The translations under genes and the position numbers were made by a program. From IMG/VR virus record IMGVR_UViG_3300045988_183533: 64,000 bases of DNA; one strand, 5' to 3'. The stretch's first letter is position 1, and every line of letters begins with the position of its first letter. This stretch comes from a virus. Below are positions 61,101 to 64,000 of this stretch, in pieces. The notes below the pieces were generated by a model. It made no database searches. It had not been told where the DNA came from and worked only from the letters and a program-made list of their open reading frames with translations.

Positions 61101-62101
61101 GAAGTTGCTCCCTCAATAGCTTCCCATCCATTGGCCGTAAGAGTATCCTGACTCTCCTCACTTTGTTCGGTTTCTGCCGACTGCACAGCGACATCATTTG
61201 TCGTGCTCTCGGTAAAAACAAATTCATTGTTTTCATTCAGCGTTGCGGAAGCATGTTCGTTACCCTTGTCAGCAGAAATAACGATATTGCCGTCCACGTT
61301 TGCTGCGGTGATTTCGAATCCTTCCAGCGCATAGTTGCGGGTATTGAATTCGATGTTAATGTTGCTGGCGTCTGCTCCGATTGCAGCCATTGCATCGGCA
61401 ACTGCACGATATAACTCGATACCGGACCAAGTAGCATCCGGATTGTCTGCCAATGTTTCGGCAGGAGTTTTATCATCGTTCAGATAACCGTATGTAGTAG
61501 GCTCTGCATCGCTGTAATCGTACTCCATCACATCCATATCGTAATCGGTATCCTGAGGCTCAATGAACCTCTTGTACCACTGATAGTGGAGATTGACGTC
61601 ATTACGATTTACGTGAGCATTGAAAGTGACTTCATCGCCAATTTCGGCCTCGACTTGACCTTCGGTCGCATCATCAGCCAAACTGACAGCCACAAAATCA
61701 CTTTCATCAACGTCAGGAGTTTCCGTTGCTTCCGGAACTTCTGTAGGCTCAGGCGTAGCCGTCGCATCAGGAGTTTCGGTGGGTTCCGGAGTGGATGTTG
61801 GAACCTCGGTGGGCTCCGGAGTCGCCTCCGGTTCTGAGGAATCCGTTTCATCAGGCATTTCTGTGGGGACGGGTGTCCCTACAGGTTCGGTAATCTCTTC
61901 TTCAGACGAAGAAGAGCTGGCAGAGTCTAACGCTTCAACAGTCTCAGTAGAAGTGCTTTCGGATACGGCATCCGTAACAAGACTACTGTCAGTCGTGATG
62001 GGTTCTGCTGCATAAGCGATTGTGGAGCTAAATGTAGACATCGTCATCATGACTGCCAAAACTGCTGAAGCGACACGCTGCCATGTTTTGCCTTTTTGCA
62101 T
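40130..62101 (-). CDS. Giant cell-wall-anchored surface protein (7323 aa): signal peptide, T/P/E-rich linker, glycine-rich insert, MBG-type repeats, about 25 DUF11/Ig-like beta-sandwich repeats joined by PGTNPEDPENPGHGKDP linkers, C-terminal sorting signal SNKKTGIGFA plus TM plus KRKK
   Basis: Single uninterrupted 21,972-nt ORF with AAAGGAGAACGCT RBS and B-type promoter 62199-62230. Tandem DNA repeats of about 1.1 kb. Confidence 0.85.
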   Translation of the reverse strand: MQKGKTWQRVASAVLAVMMTMSTFSSTIAYAAEPITTDSSLVTDAVSESTSTETVEALDSASSSSSEEEITEPVGTPVPTEMPDETDSSEPEATPEPTEVPTSTPEPTETPDATATPEPTEVPEATETPDVDESDFVAVSLADDATEGQVEAEIGDEVTFNAHVNRNDVNLHYQWYKRFIEPQDTDYDMDVMEYDYSDAEPTTYGYLNDDKTPAETLADNPDATWSGIELYRAVADAMAAIGADASNINIEFNTRNYALEGFEITAANVDGNIVISADKGNEHASATLNENNEFVFTESTTNDVAVQSAETEQSEESQDTLTANGWEAIEGATSDTYTHTIDEYDAYTTYRCVITIDDDNYIAAAKEELIANGADENKLTDDTLDNTITTEITVSIPSMEKSEDEMYNDLSVEDKLKQRLALSGIATYAAGVQLDSQTNPQWVTGLSAGMEYLTADMYAKIYGQDGKSGWLANGEITGQQADRMWSYIGGNFNGNANANELDSEGKPTGGTRKYKSFALTDGNKLEINSEWYGKTVYFRYHNSNIVGNTATGAAVSIPASGRGTSYKDAVQVLFCYTKEEDGRTFPLTIKEYVNQAMTNGYSQNGMAHITLNTVSCNDFNVDPDRYLKDAEGNYRVDSVYWGTCYFSEPDLSGKAYYALKNYIGNGYGFGIGHDTMYAYAGAWFDAHGGGRGYPNNIYDERKIDPNDTATRYYQVNSWEVSGGHWNMNALMGENNSNTLVGSGYYSASDEAYFGWIVDPLTVPSAIMSSGGSHGPFLKTTIYGSESLRIRSNGGFTYEEAMVNPDIKHRTPTNWPYKFSVGQTVPAALTHSNGQVAFDDIWVQYNGCASDFTNAGLGKLYEPTVDGRSGTNNFYLAGSGNFVMNQIGHLPLDDGGGHINRASPQEMQLCVNTLMWISQRKQCEVCAADQADQQMTHFVHRVNAANAKKILTALANGGSYWYPLSDCYELMEDLDLTKLGFDSTTWKPIKNFTGHWNSKYFDVKVPKNGALFDNTTGDLGAYRTGDGNDWNLGTDRLKGWDTVFKDSGNSSPSVRTTGIARIYGKLSDAKLFNDGQVHEGYTVHIRYEDNTALLQEGDDFSCVVNNVDQYCISNLPCIYVGGKTILRARVYDKAGNEVTKYGPIVAKVPPHFWNDCETVPLELLTIEATPIENYRYWEGETTKVLEGSGIIYNQPISNESVTWYYRVVDLRNTNNALSDWVKIGHYGQFTTEDGAVTGIIKTPVFHDGNDGVYNYPHSSVDVQLQMLAYTGNAIQLRTDYEVEGKTYSTIDPGVITPEASGIIQIEERPMSMTQAPNQRVMTQDEATFVFETDYWKGLDDKGYSYDVQYKDPHDDDWQTLATSVTFGGTYTLNTVDNSQVNKVDIEAHTVDTLAKGKETASMIHDNKWLPADFWRPDGFTDQQCAQKHTTITLTLHAADYNWSGYYFRIVASYRFNEKRTKVENSYSAIGDADNAGFDTSRYGLLQVDAPFVSATMLEARALMMQEHNSEGDATGDFGQNYWSVETTQDQVDNWNASRGGSNNPLISDKNVAVYTTTITFSPGKLTESGNRILTPVLQWGFQDDLNSESTDYKPVIAPININGYANGGNGLTTENYKDWANIVKTRYDINTDDSSVMKQVVDAIETEHSGSPFGKFTAYITIDDIRPVEDTMLNGQPFDINSAYAKWSITTSLHIESATNPMDFGTEHFYFQCKPYLEYIRGYNSTKLKSQTITNTLAHNFDYVNGGIDEDNTDTGAELWLDYNISIHANERNLVSCGVDKHSIFMYPELTIEAPNGLRYIMSRYQIVNEFPYGKHRDTSRTVFSQSDHLSVNLNTPYQGQMTTVTRYDMNGNPSQIDVQGKTMAELGISLDERGYLDKNNEDYAPYLDHGYALWSDYSYPKEIWQWFWRNAIQYHCYDMEEFDGTNEQVFFYIDEKNVRAADKSFKANDGNNPTSSWTAPFDATYQIDLWGAGGGNASMTDGISGNSGSHTIITADIKEGTTLYFVAGGAGGGGSGGGSGGGSTGSGSGGSGGYNGGGSGGVGAVFYDCYKGGGDPDHSYHSNSPIGFGGGGGATTVAFGLIGDGQLKNYGDGSSMFGVAGGGSGAAIISGNGYTTRGVGGSGSNNSGQRYHCALKEDKVFSDGYEYHHGDICGWTYSGTHSSDIKMQREDEEGYNNTLHENGGGSGWQSASTDGALRGSSYAASVGENLDNGNIIIKANVTGADQLNDGAGSGIGQAGRAKIKVVDLNKRLYRRVGKNAMDIGFEDANECTPTRAKVMLTVANKMYDGNQLTVAAHVVWDGDTDAGIDEQEILRGVNITYSNNESPNITYPTNATTDSKKKPLVRTGSYTATATYTGKYEVTFCWENTKPGKTYVVRGESTTPDEYVSGNGNVVYFDIYPRPLHLYSYDNNKIYDNISTAKVSDIKIKAATADSGIVHGDTVALNSTLAYGYYCENYAPEDFAKTSFRESIHTGLHSIKTVTILELINNPFDNYYIASEDFTGTINPRPLYVHSQYHDVNKYKWNYDGNSNDIGNGKYLTDTTVYDNQNVTIEQAYEMILAGKQENIDITRYTKTEQDNYQNTVVNPNNIKVYDSYYNANIGEEGQGNIYIDNITNYDSVELNAQTYVGSYADSNAGEQLTGYDANGDNGVIKEDRYNGLSMNTIRHLPYSVKYSYSTTTPQVGQKMTVTIAVTNKDTGYGLAAQNNYVAPVAIQNLRLKSRFAGNGPITLKSTNGIRMNQQGTEFYIDTIPVGGTVNIVFEYTVQDIDDTNALVRDIEQNNEMYLVNNNYNDYYIADKTFSGGIYRTTLRAQVKSVSTTYGHGFKNIKLPYADDVYYWNKGSDSWLTMEGLVEDHKTASSDDEKLDLKAKKTNNYQSKFVYNVVPSETTDAGSYPVSYIGLNEFNYDVLKNYVVTEDPGSIEVKPRKIMISVDESQKIYGTTNPFFNSTFKVLGTDDQGNELDVSDENNWTVLGDDATVDYNNMHLIGNDTIGNVVEVVNGASRTALAFKNGTSNLPYLTTATQSSDVIYQTDVPEEECAYCLEKYNEMHKGHEHYHDGDHPHTHVPVNGYPVSVNENTGYGNTLGIKTVTNSEGQVVSNYELVYESNVLKVHPRLIRIAALDATKAYGGTEPALKWTVDGEIIKPTSEMFGIKAVRDSGENVRDEGYTIRISYEKSTASNYIVETNDAKMTITPVPLTIVFGNQERYYGEDNKNDYTLTVVGLKHGDTADVALKNNDGATAKVLETAKNVLSDYINLTYNKYTDVGSNYLYGDKSYCEEHTILVPRENADGGYNYTIANYTPGVLTIKPRPMLLEVTGWQKELGDADKVQDFTLTDMITHNSVNGQQKLGAGSRITDASVVVNPDKVPIVFNLVRAEGEEVGSYPVYSTPQDRQIGNLAANDQKQLELDNPNYDFEYRYANDLIVKRQGLMITVDDKVRYYGDRVNRFYDGSSDYTYHVFKVENGEAVEITAEEAGLNTSTFTFTHLDTQTSSSGTYKNCISLSGVHSTIYDDDDITITAGNLTIIPRPVSVIAADNTKVYGDADPELKYTLHDGVRGEDGNYYIEYANGPVLTEKEGADVPVQPGDLEGTGVTREPGEDVWTGEHSFGKAYAINANDISPVSKDGITNYVITMENGNFTITPAELVVTVKGGYSKTYGEENPAFDADITGFKRDDTKETVLNGELGFATLCFDLSDAGKYIVTAGNNNEDAVNPDCVVLEDGEEHIGSTFEVKSNTNFEKNYVIRYVNGDITVNPKELIVRIDHKVKTYGTADPAFTFHYEDNAGNVIGLIDPENSPLNVELYRTKGENVVRGDVTAADSLNKWGTTLYDGDYLISAKYDTNNKNYTVTVYDGSLKIVPATLTVTVDGGYKTTYGDEIPEFTYSITGFVGRDVKDETGTGIKDDESKVSGTATMYCNDNAGNPVTNKTKVGNYPINYDRQQLVADNSNYKFIYVGGDLTIGKKPIHVKADDQQKVYGEKDPDPLTWTITDPEELVNPGDKDFFDITTKRPGADTDDGEQVGKYPITIDGTDPSGNYEIITTPGTLTIVPATIVVTVIDDEKYFGEDNPKPNVTITGYKRGDTIDDIGGKDALKTKTDAEKWSPVGEYPVSAKDSTFHNPNYDFVYIDGKLTVKPLIINIKAEDDRKTYGDNDPDKFNVSYTLTNEKDEPYTPDKDLRDYIDRALNLDAARVPGENVRTENPGYSIVPTYTEVDNIEIGTVTPGHFFIDPREVTITANSAEKVYDGTPLTEPGYTYAPELVDNDLLGIHDKMDSVTVTGSQTEVGSSKNVPSDAVIINTEDGSGSNANYIIKYVDGTLTVRDKEIVSIEKSADRERATDYDVIRYTITVTNATSHDLHNVIVKDTNNFVGVPVLSQANGVTYDAEKGEFVIAEISHLRDETHTNAVTFTYTYTVDPTDHGTNNNDILENNAKITDMKVVESYTENPDGSTTPNYTEPNKEWLVETPDVDVEIIRQNLTIEKSADKTEAGVGDVVTYTLKVTNTGNTKLENVVVKDTNNFMGEPVENTKLHFGYRVNDDGTWTITSLGIGKSVTITYKYTVVADDLTNGKLDNIATATIPARKDPTIPEKPVDSNEVIVPLYYKHLTIVKSADRDHAYPGEVVKYQVTVTNDGTVDMTNVTVSDNTNALGMFIVSTGDGYTYNPETRLFTIPALNVGDSVTLNYLYIVQNGDPETIINVATAHAPKNPNTEIPGDKDIEEPSKPVEVDVLRDELTIVKNADKSFVDMNGNDTTVTYTLTVKNSGNTKLTNVIVTDTSNGNGTVEYTGDLMYDGNGKWMIPELNAGDSVEITYVYTAVAEDMNLDNGNIVNTAVAEGKNPDNKTVTSDPDTETVHVGEVPDRDIRVVKASLESSVMIGDTIHYTITVTNNGTMTAQNVVVRDFNDGIGEINAASSDKYTYDAATHSFTIAEIAAGEVVEIPVTYTVQEGDKGTVNNAAVEIPEVPKIEKKADKQTVVVGEVVTYTITVTNTTNETKTNVEVKDTNNFTSVITPAENTDVVSYIGDKVWNISSIGAGESVDIVYTYTVMNEDAPNTMLVNNAEMTYVTDSGKVKIPSNEVDIPIIPETPTPEHVGPTVVKQADKAIANIGDTVHYTVVMHNNDTVDYVNAALYDKNNFNGVITNVKNGTLESASAGSAVIKVGTIPAGKTVTVEYDYIVLNTDAGKGQDTYNELKNVATLHYWFADEDQTPENEKTKPSNEVTVKVPGSDVPVPVNPPEGKLKVEKFVDKKSASVGDMLHYTVKVSNVGDGELKNILVEDFFDGHGKLNYIPAVGVVVNGDGTYTINKLPAGTFMELRFTYVIVEGDEPEVLNTAVVTTPPVDPPLEPTKTADKKFAFVDEIVTYTISVYNPDTKAKTNVTVKDTNNFVGSINATNTDKYTYNGDNTWTIPEIGAGETIDITYTYTVQSNDEKLLENKADVTYSENGDTVKLDTPTVDVVVPDKGTVSIHKEADKKMAKPGEVVTYNVTVTNNKGFDVHDVVVTDANNFAGKITGVDGADYTFENGEFHIAEIAAGASVTLTYTYTVEIGDVPTQILENIATADVPGTNPEDPNNPGHGKDPNKPIDNDEKIPSNPVDVEVPGSETETKIPDLVLTKSVDKNEAVVGDTLNYTITVKNNGKGDAENVTVKDFFDGKGTLNFVAMDGVTDNGDNTYTIASVKAGESVTLNFTYVVVDGDAPEVLNAAVITTPEPPTDIVKSADKHIAKVNEIVTYTITVKNNSKDTLTNLLVSDTNNFKGEIEAKDGKGYTYNGDKTWTIATLESGKSIDITYTYTMQASDETVIENTADVRYSHNGTDYDIPSNPVDVEKPNDGVVTIFKTADKTKAEPNEVVTYTVTIHNGKDYDIKNVRLTDANNFAGKIEGVDGAGYKFINGEFVIDKIPAGGDAVVHYTYTVQISDVPTKILENVATAHVPGKNPGDPDEEIPSNKVDVEVPGDGTHVDVPEGKLEIVKSVDKTEAKVGDTLNYTITLTNVGGQAVKNAVVKDFFDGNGVLNFVPMDGVTDNGDYTYTVANVEKGQSITLRFTYTVVAGDAPMVLNAAVVKDPTPPVDIEKTADKHVAMVDEVVNYTITVKNTTDKAVTDLLVSDTNNFTGAIASKDNAKYTYNGNHTWTIPSIKAGESIDILYTYTVKTTDPSTLVNEADVRYTTDDGEYVIKADPVEVVVPKDGEVTIVKSGDKKIAEPGEVVTYTVTIHNGKAHDITNVVVSDSNNFAGTITGSNGVGYKFVDGHFVIDKIAAGADAVLTYTYTVQIADVPTHILENVATAHVPGTNPEDPENPGHGKDPDKPIDPDTDIPSNKVEVEVPGSEVETEIPEISITKSVDKPTAKIGDTLNYTVTVKNGGNADAENILIKDFFDGNGTLNFKAMDGVTDNGDNTYTISTVKAGESVKLRFSYVVVEGDEPLVLNAAVIKDPTPPIDVEKEADKHIAKVDEVVTYTISVKSTTSEPVDNVTVTDTNNFKGEIKAENADKYTYNGNKTWTIPTIAAGETIHITYTYTMQAEDATVIENIANVTYSKDGTDYNIPSNPVDVEKPDDGVVTIRKAADKTKAEPGEVVTYTVTVHNGKNHDIENARLTDTNNFAGEIVSVDGADYTFENGEFTINKIPAGGDVVIHYTYTVEIADVPTQILENIATIHVPGTNPEDPNNPGHGKDPEKPIDPDTEIPSNKVDVEVPGSETETEIPVIEITKSVDKAEAKVGDTLNYTVTVANKGKADAENVVVEDFFDGNGTLNFVPMDGVADNGDNSYTISTVKAGESVTLNFTYVVVTADAPKVLNAAVVKDPTPPIDVEKDADKYIAKVTDVVTYTITVKNTTDETVNDITVADHNNFAGDVTAESSNRYTYNGDGTWTIGYLDAGEALDIVYTYTVETTDESVMENTAAIKYTHDGEQYNIPSNTVDVKKPDDGVVTIWKSANKTVAKPGETVTYTVTVHNGKNHDIQNAALTDENNFSGSIFAVDGAGYHYENGVFTIDTIPAGGDVVVHYAYTVGIADVTTHILENVATIHVPGTNPEDPENPGQGKDPTKPIDPDTDIPSNKVDVEVPGSGTETDIPLEKSLTIVKSADKTKVNVGETINYRVVVTNTGEVDLVNVTVKDNNDGASHIEAKNGDGYTYDSATTTFTIARIPVGESFTLTYSYVAVDADAGHDVINVAVAKAPGQNPEDPENPGHGKDPSKPIDEDVEKPSNEVKVPVVKPSTPTTPDEPKPTPTPDNPKPTPTPVPTEKPKTPPIGWLDIFKVDGKPFSLFSIFTSNKKTGIGFAQSIVGLAAMVGIGVAALVVVNHKRKKDENDNKDNHKDDSAE
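40500..46100 (-). repeat. About five tandem copies of an approximately 1.1-kb intragenic DNA repeat, each encoding about 370 aa (three DUF11-like domains plus linker)
   Basis: Repeat landmarks at 40937, 42036, 43150, 44262 and 45318 (ggaat..tccgtatcggggtcaat..gg..tctttaccgtgacccgg...) at 80-90% identity. Confidence 0.7.
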
Positions 62102-62198
62102 AGCGTTCTCCTTTCAAAATATTGCCAAGTTATACCTTTACGCAATCTTGTTCACATATCTGCACATATATTTGCAAAATTGCATAATCAGCACACTT

Positions 62199-62230
62199 GG
62201 CGGTATCTATATTATGCCACATTTGGGCGC
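62199..62230 (-). promoter_or_regulatory. B-type promoter for the 7323-aa gene (TTGACT-N17-TGTGGCATAAT)
   Basis: -10 at 62201-62206, -35 at 62224-62229. Confidence 0.6.
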
Positions 62231-62252
62231 AATAGTCAATCAAAATTGCAAG

Positions 62253-62288
62253 AAAATAAAAGAAAAAGTCCGTCTAAAAAAGACGGAC
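62253..62288 (-). terminator. Rho-independent terminator (GTCCGTCT-T6-AGACGGAC, long T-run)
   Basis: Ends transcripts coming from the lipoprotein gene or mini-array region before the giant-gene promoter. Confidence 0.6.
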
Positions 62289-62331
62289 CTGAAAACTGAA
62301 GTATCTGTTATAGTGTATTTGCCATTGCTGT

Positions 62332-62432
62332 ATTTCAATCTAACGCAACCAATGCGGGTTGCAACGGTCTCAGCACTCAGACCATCAGGCACAACACCAT
62401 TTCAATCTAACGCAACCCATGCGGGTTGCAAC
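62332..62432 (-). CRISPR. Mini-CRISPR array: two 34-nt repeats (GTTGCAACCCGCATGGGTTGCGTTAGATTGAAAT on the minus strand; the distal copy has one mismatch) and one 33-nt spacer; type I-C-like repeat architecture
   Basis: Repeats at 62399-62432 and 62332-62365; spacer 62366-62398. The repeat has a 7-bp palindrome GCAACCC/GGGTTGC and the ATTGAAAT 3' end typical of I-C repeats. The degenerate copy is at the leader-distal end. Confidence 0.5.
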
Positions 62433-62622
62433 AGCAAACTTGTACAAACGAAGCAATAAGTTGTCATGCATTCTGTACAATGTTTGTCTGTTTTTTGACC
62501 AAACAATATGGTCAGATACTACTTACTGCAATGGAATCATATCCTTTCTTTATATAATACTTGGTGCGAAGAAGCCAGCCGCAAAAGCGATGCATTATCA
62601 CCTTCTTACTTTCTTTAATTTT

Positions 62623-63876
62623 TTAGTTATCGATATCATAAGAATTTTCCTCACTCCCACAAGATTTATCCTGCGTCCAGTCAGTTCCGGACCACTGTCC
62701 GAAGTCCTTATAACGATTATCGTAATCTTCTGTACTACCCGGTACAATATCCCCACCGCTCGGCTGCTGCTGTGCCTGCTGCTGTGCCTGCTGCTGTGCC
62801 TGCTGGGCTGCCTGCTGCTGAGCCTGCTGGGCAGCGGCCTGTGCGGCTGCCTGAGCAGCAGCCTGCTTCTGCGCAGCGGCCTTCTGGTCAGCTGCCTTTA
62901 CCGGGCAGTTGCTGCTGGTGTGACCGGTCTGGCCACAGTAGCTGCAGGTGACTGCCTTTACCGTAAGCTCGTAAGTGGAGCTTACATCCCCATCAGAATT
63001 GACTGCCATAATGGTCACATTCCCAGTGTCCTTGGCGGTCACATTGCCTTCCGCATCTACAGTAGCAATGGACTCATCGCTGCTCTTCCAAGTAACGGCC
63101 TTGTCCGTAGCATCCTCCGGGAACACGGTTGCTTTGATGGTGTGCGTGTTGCCAACGGTCAGAACGCCTTCATTGGAATCCAGCGTAATGGACTCGATTG
63201 CCTTACCGACGGTGACCTTGGTCTCGGCCTTAGCGTTTTCGGGAACGACCAGCATCTCGCTGTCCACACCGGCGTCCTCTGCCGTAGCAGTGGTGTCTGC
63301 CACGATGGTAGTGGTGATGGTGCATTCGCCAACGCCTACTGCGGTGACATTACCGGACTCATCCACGGTCGCTACCGACTCATCGCTGCTCAAGTAAGCA
63401 AGCTTGACATCGGTGGCGTCCTCGGGAGTCATCTTAGCACCCAGCGCCTTGGTAGCCTCACCGTTGAGTTCCAGACTCAGAGTTTCGGGGGCTTCTACTC
63501 CGGTGGGGAGAATCACGACCTTGATATGGGTCGTGGAAGAAATATTGGCATCTGCAACAGATACTGTGATATCAGCCTCACCGGCACCGACTGCAGTGAC
63601 CAGACCAGTTTCATCAACCGTGGCAACCTCTTCGTCGGAGGAGGACCAGGTGAGATTCAGTTTGGATGCTGCCTCGGCAATCTTTTCCTGCTCGGCCTTG
63701 TCGTCGGTACCATACTCGATATTGAGCTGCTGGGTCTCACCCTTTTCCAGCACAATGTCGGTGGGCAGCCCCACTGAGGTGATATCGACGCCGCAGCCAA
63801 CCAGACTGACGGCCATCGCGACTGCCATAATCAGGCACGCGATACGGGTAAATACCTTAACGGACATAGTCTTCAT
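62623..63876 (-). CDS. Lipoprotein with three Big_2 (bacterial Ig-like group 2) domains, CCHC zinc-knuckle-like motif and Q/A-rich C-terminus
   Basis: Start MKTMSVK at 63876 with AAAAGGAGAA RBS; lipobox LVGC. Repeated ATVDE-GLVTAVG-GEADITV Big_2 signatures; CSYCGQTGHTSSNC. Confidence 0.7.
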   Translation of the reverse strand: MKTMSVKVFTRIACLIMAVAMAVSLVGCGVDITSVGLPTDIVLEKGETQQLNIEYGTDDKAEQEKIAEAASKLNLTWSSSDEEVATVDETGLVTAVGAGEADITVSVADANISSTTHIKVVILPTGVEAPETLSLELNGEATKALGAKMTPEDATDVKLAYLSSDESVATVDESGNVTAVGVGECTITTTIVADTTATAEDAGVDSEMLVVPENAKAETKVTVGKAIESITLDSNEGVLTVGNTHTIKATVFPEDATDKAVTWKSSDESIATVDAEGNVTAKDTGNVTIMAVNSDGDVSSTYELTVKAVTCSYCGQTGHTSSNCPVKAADQKAAAQKQAAAQAAAQAAAQQAQQQAAQQAQQQAQQQAQQQPSGGDIVPGSTEDYDNRYKDFGQWSGTDWTQDKSCGSEENSYDIDN

Positions 63877-63983
63877 AGAGTTTCTCCTTTTTATGTAAAT
63901 TGTATTTTTGGTTTCGAACATCTTTTGCCATGCGCGAACCTCCTTTATGTTTATGGAGGGCCTATCTCTTACCCTCTGTCTAT

Positions 63984-64000
63984 ATTATACCACATTTATA
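63984..64000 (-). promoter_or_regulatory. Partial B-type promoter (TGTGGTATAAT extended -10; -35 lies beyond the window end)
   Basis: Identical 14-mer ATGTGGTATAATATA as in the other B-type copies. Confidence 0.45.

Noticed and set aside
62160-62190. Seventh A-type element (TTTGCAAAATTGCATAATC) just upstream of the giant-gene RBS
   Set aside because: Only the palindromic half-core is conserved; the -10 and the downstream box are missing.
1-64000. tRNA, rRNA, integrase, transposase, IS elements and conjugation (T4SS/relaxase) genes
   Set aside because: No cloverleaf-compatible sequences and no recombinase or transposase-like ORFs were seen. Nothing was recognised as such in this window.

Overview
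Low-GC Gram-positive DNA, Clostridia-like, that reads as a plasmid or other extrachromosomal element rather than core chromosome. Almost every gene is on the minus strand; only two XRE-type regulator genes are on the plus strand. About 47 genes have AGGAGG-type RBSs and carry two families of near-identical strong sigmaA promoters and many rho-independent terminators. Content from low to high coordinates: a block of small cargo genes (DUF4314, NYN-nuclease-like, small membrane proteins) that includes a duplicated and rearranged cassette; a class B-like sortase; a trigger-factor-like FKBP lipoprotein; and an operon encoding a complete extra SecY-SecG-SecE translocon together with zinc-ribbon and Asp/Cys-cluster proteins. 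Then come paralogous membrane proteins, a sigma-70 region-4-like regulator, a ParM/ParR-like type II partition cassette with two XRE regulators, an RNase H-like protein, a phage-type Dam methyltransferase, a flotillin and several lipoproteins. The high-coordinate half holds two giant wall-anchored adhesin-like genes: a 2669-aa protein of MBG-type repeats and a 7323-aa protein with MBG and DUF11-like repeats that contains about 1.1-kb tandem DNA repeats. Both end in the same N-x-K-T-G-[VI]-G-F sorting signal. The window closes with a Big_2-domain lipoprotein. The most notable items are (i) a self-contained adhesin export and anchoring module made of the accessory SecYEG, the TF-like foldase lipoprotein, SrtB and the giant substrates, and (ii) a two-repeat type I-C-like mini-CRISPR array with no cas genes in the window. 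No rRNA, tRNA, integrase or transposase was found.
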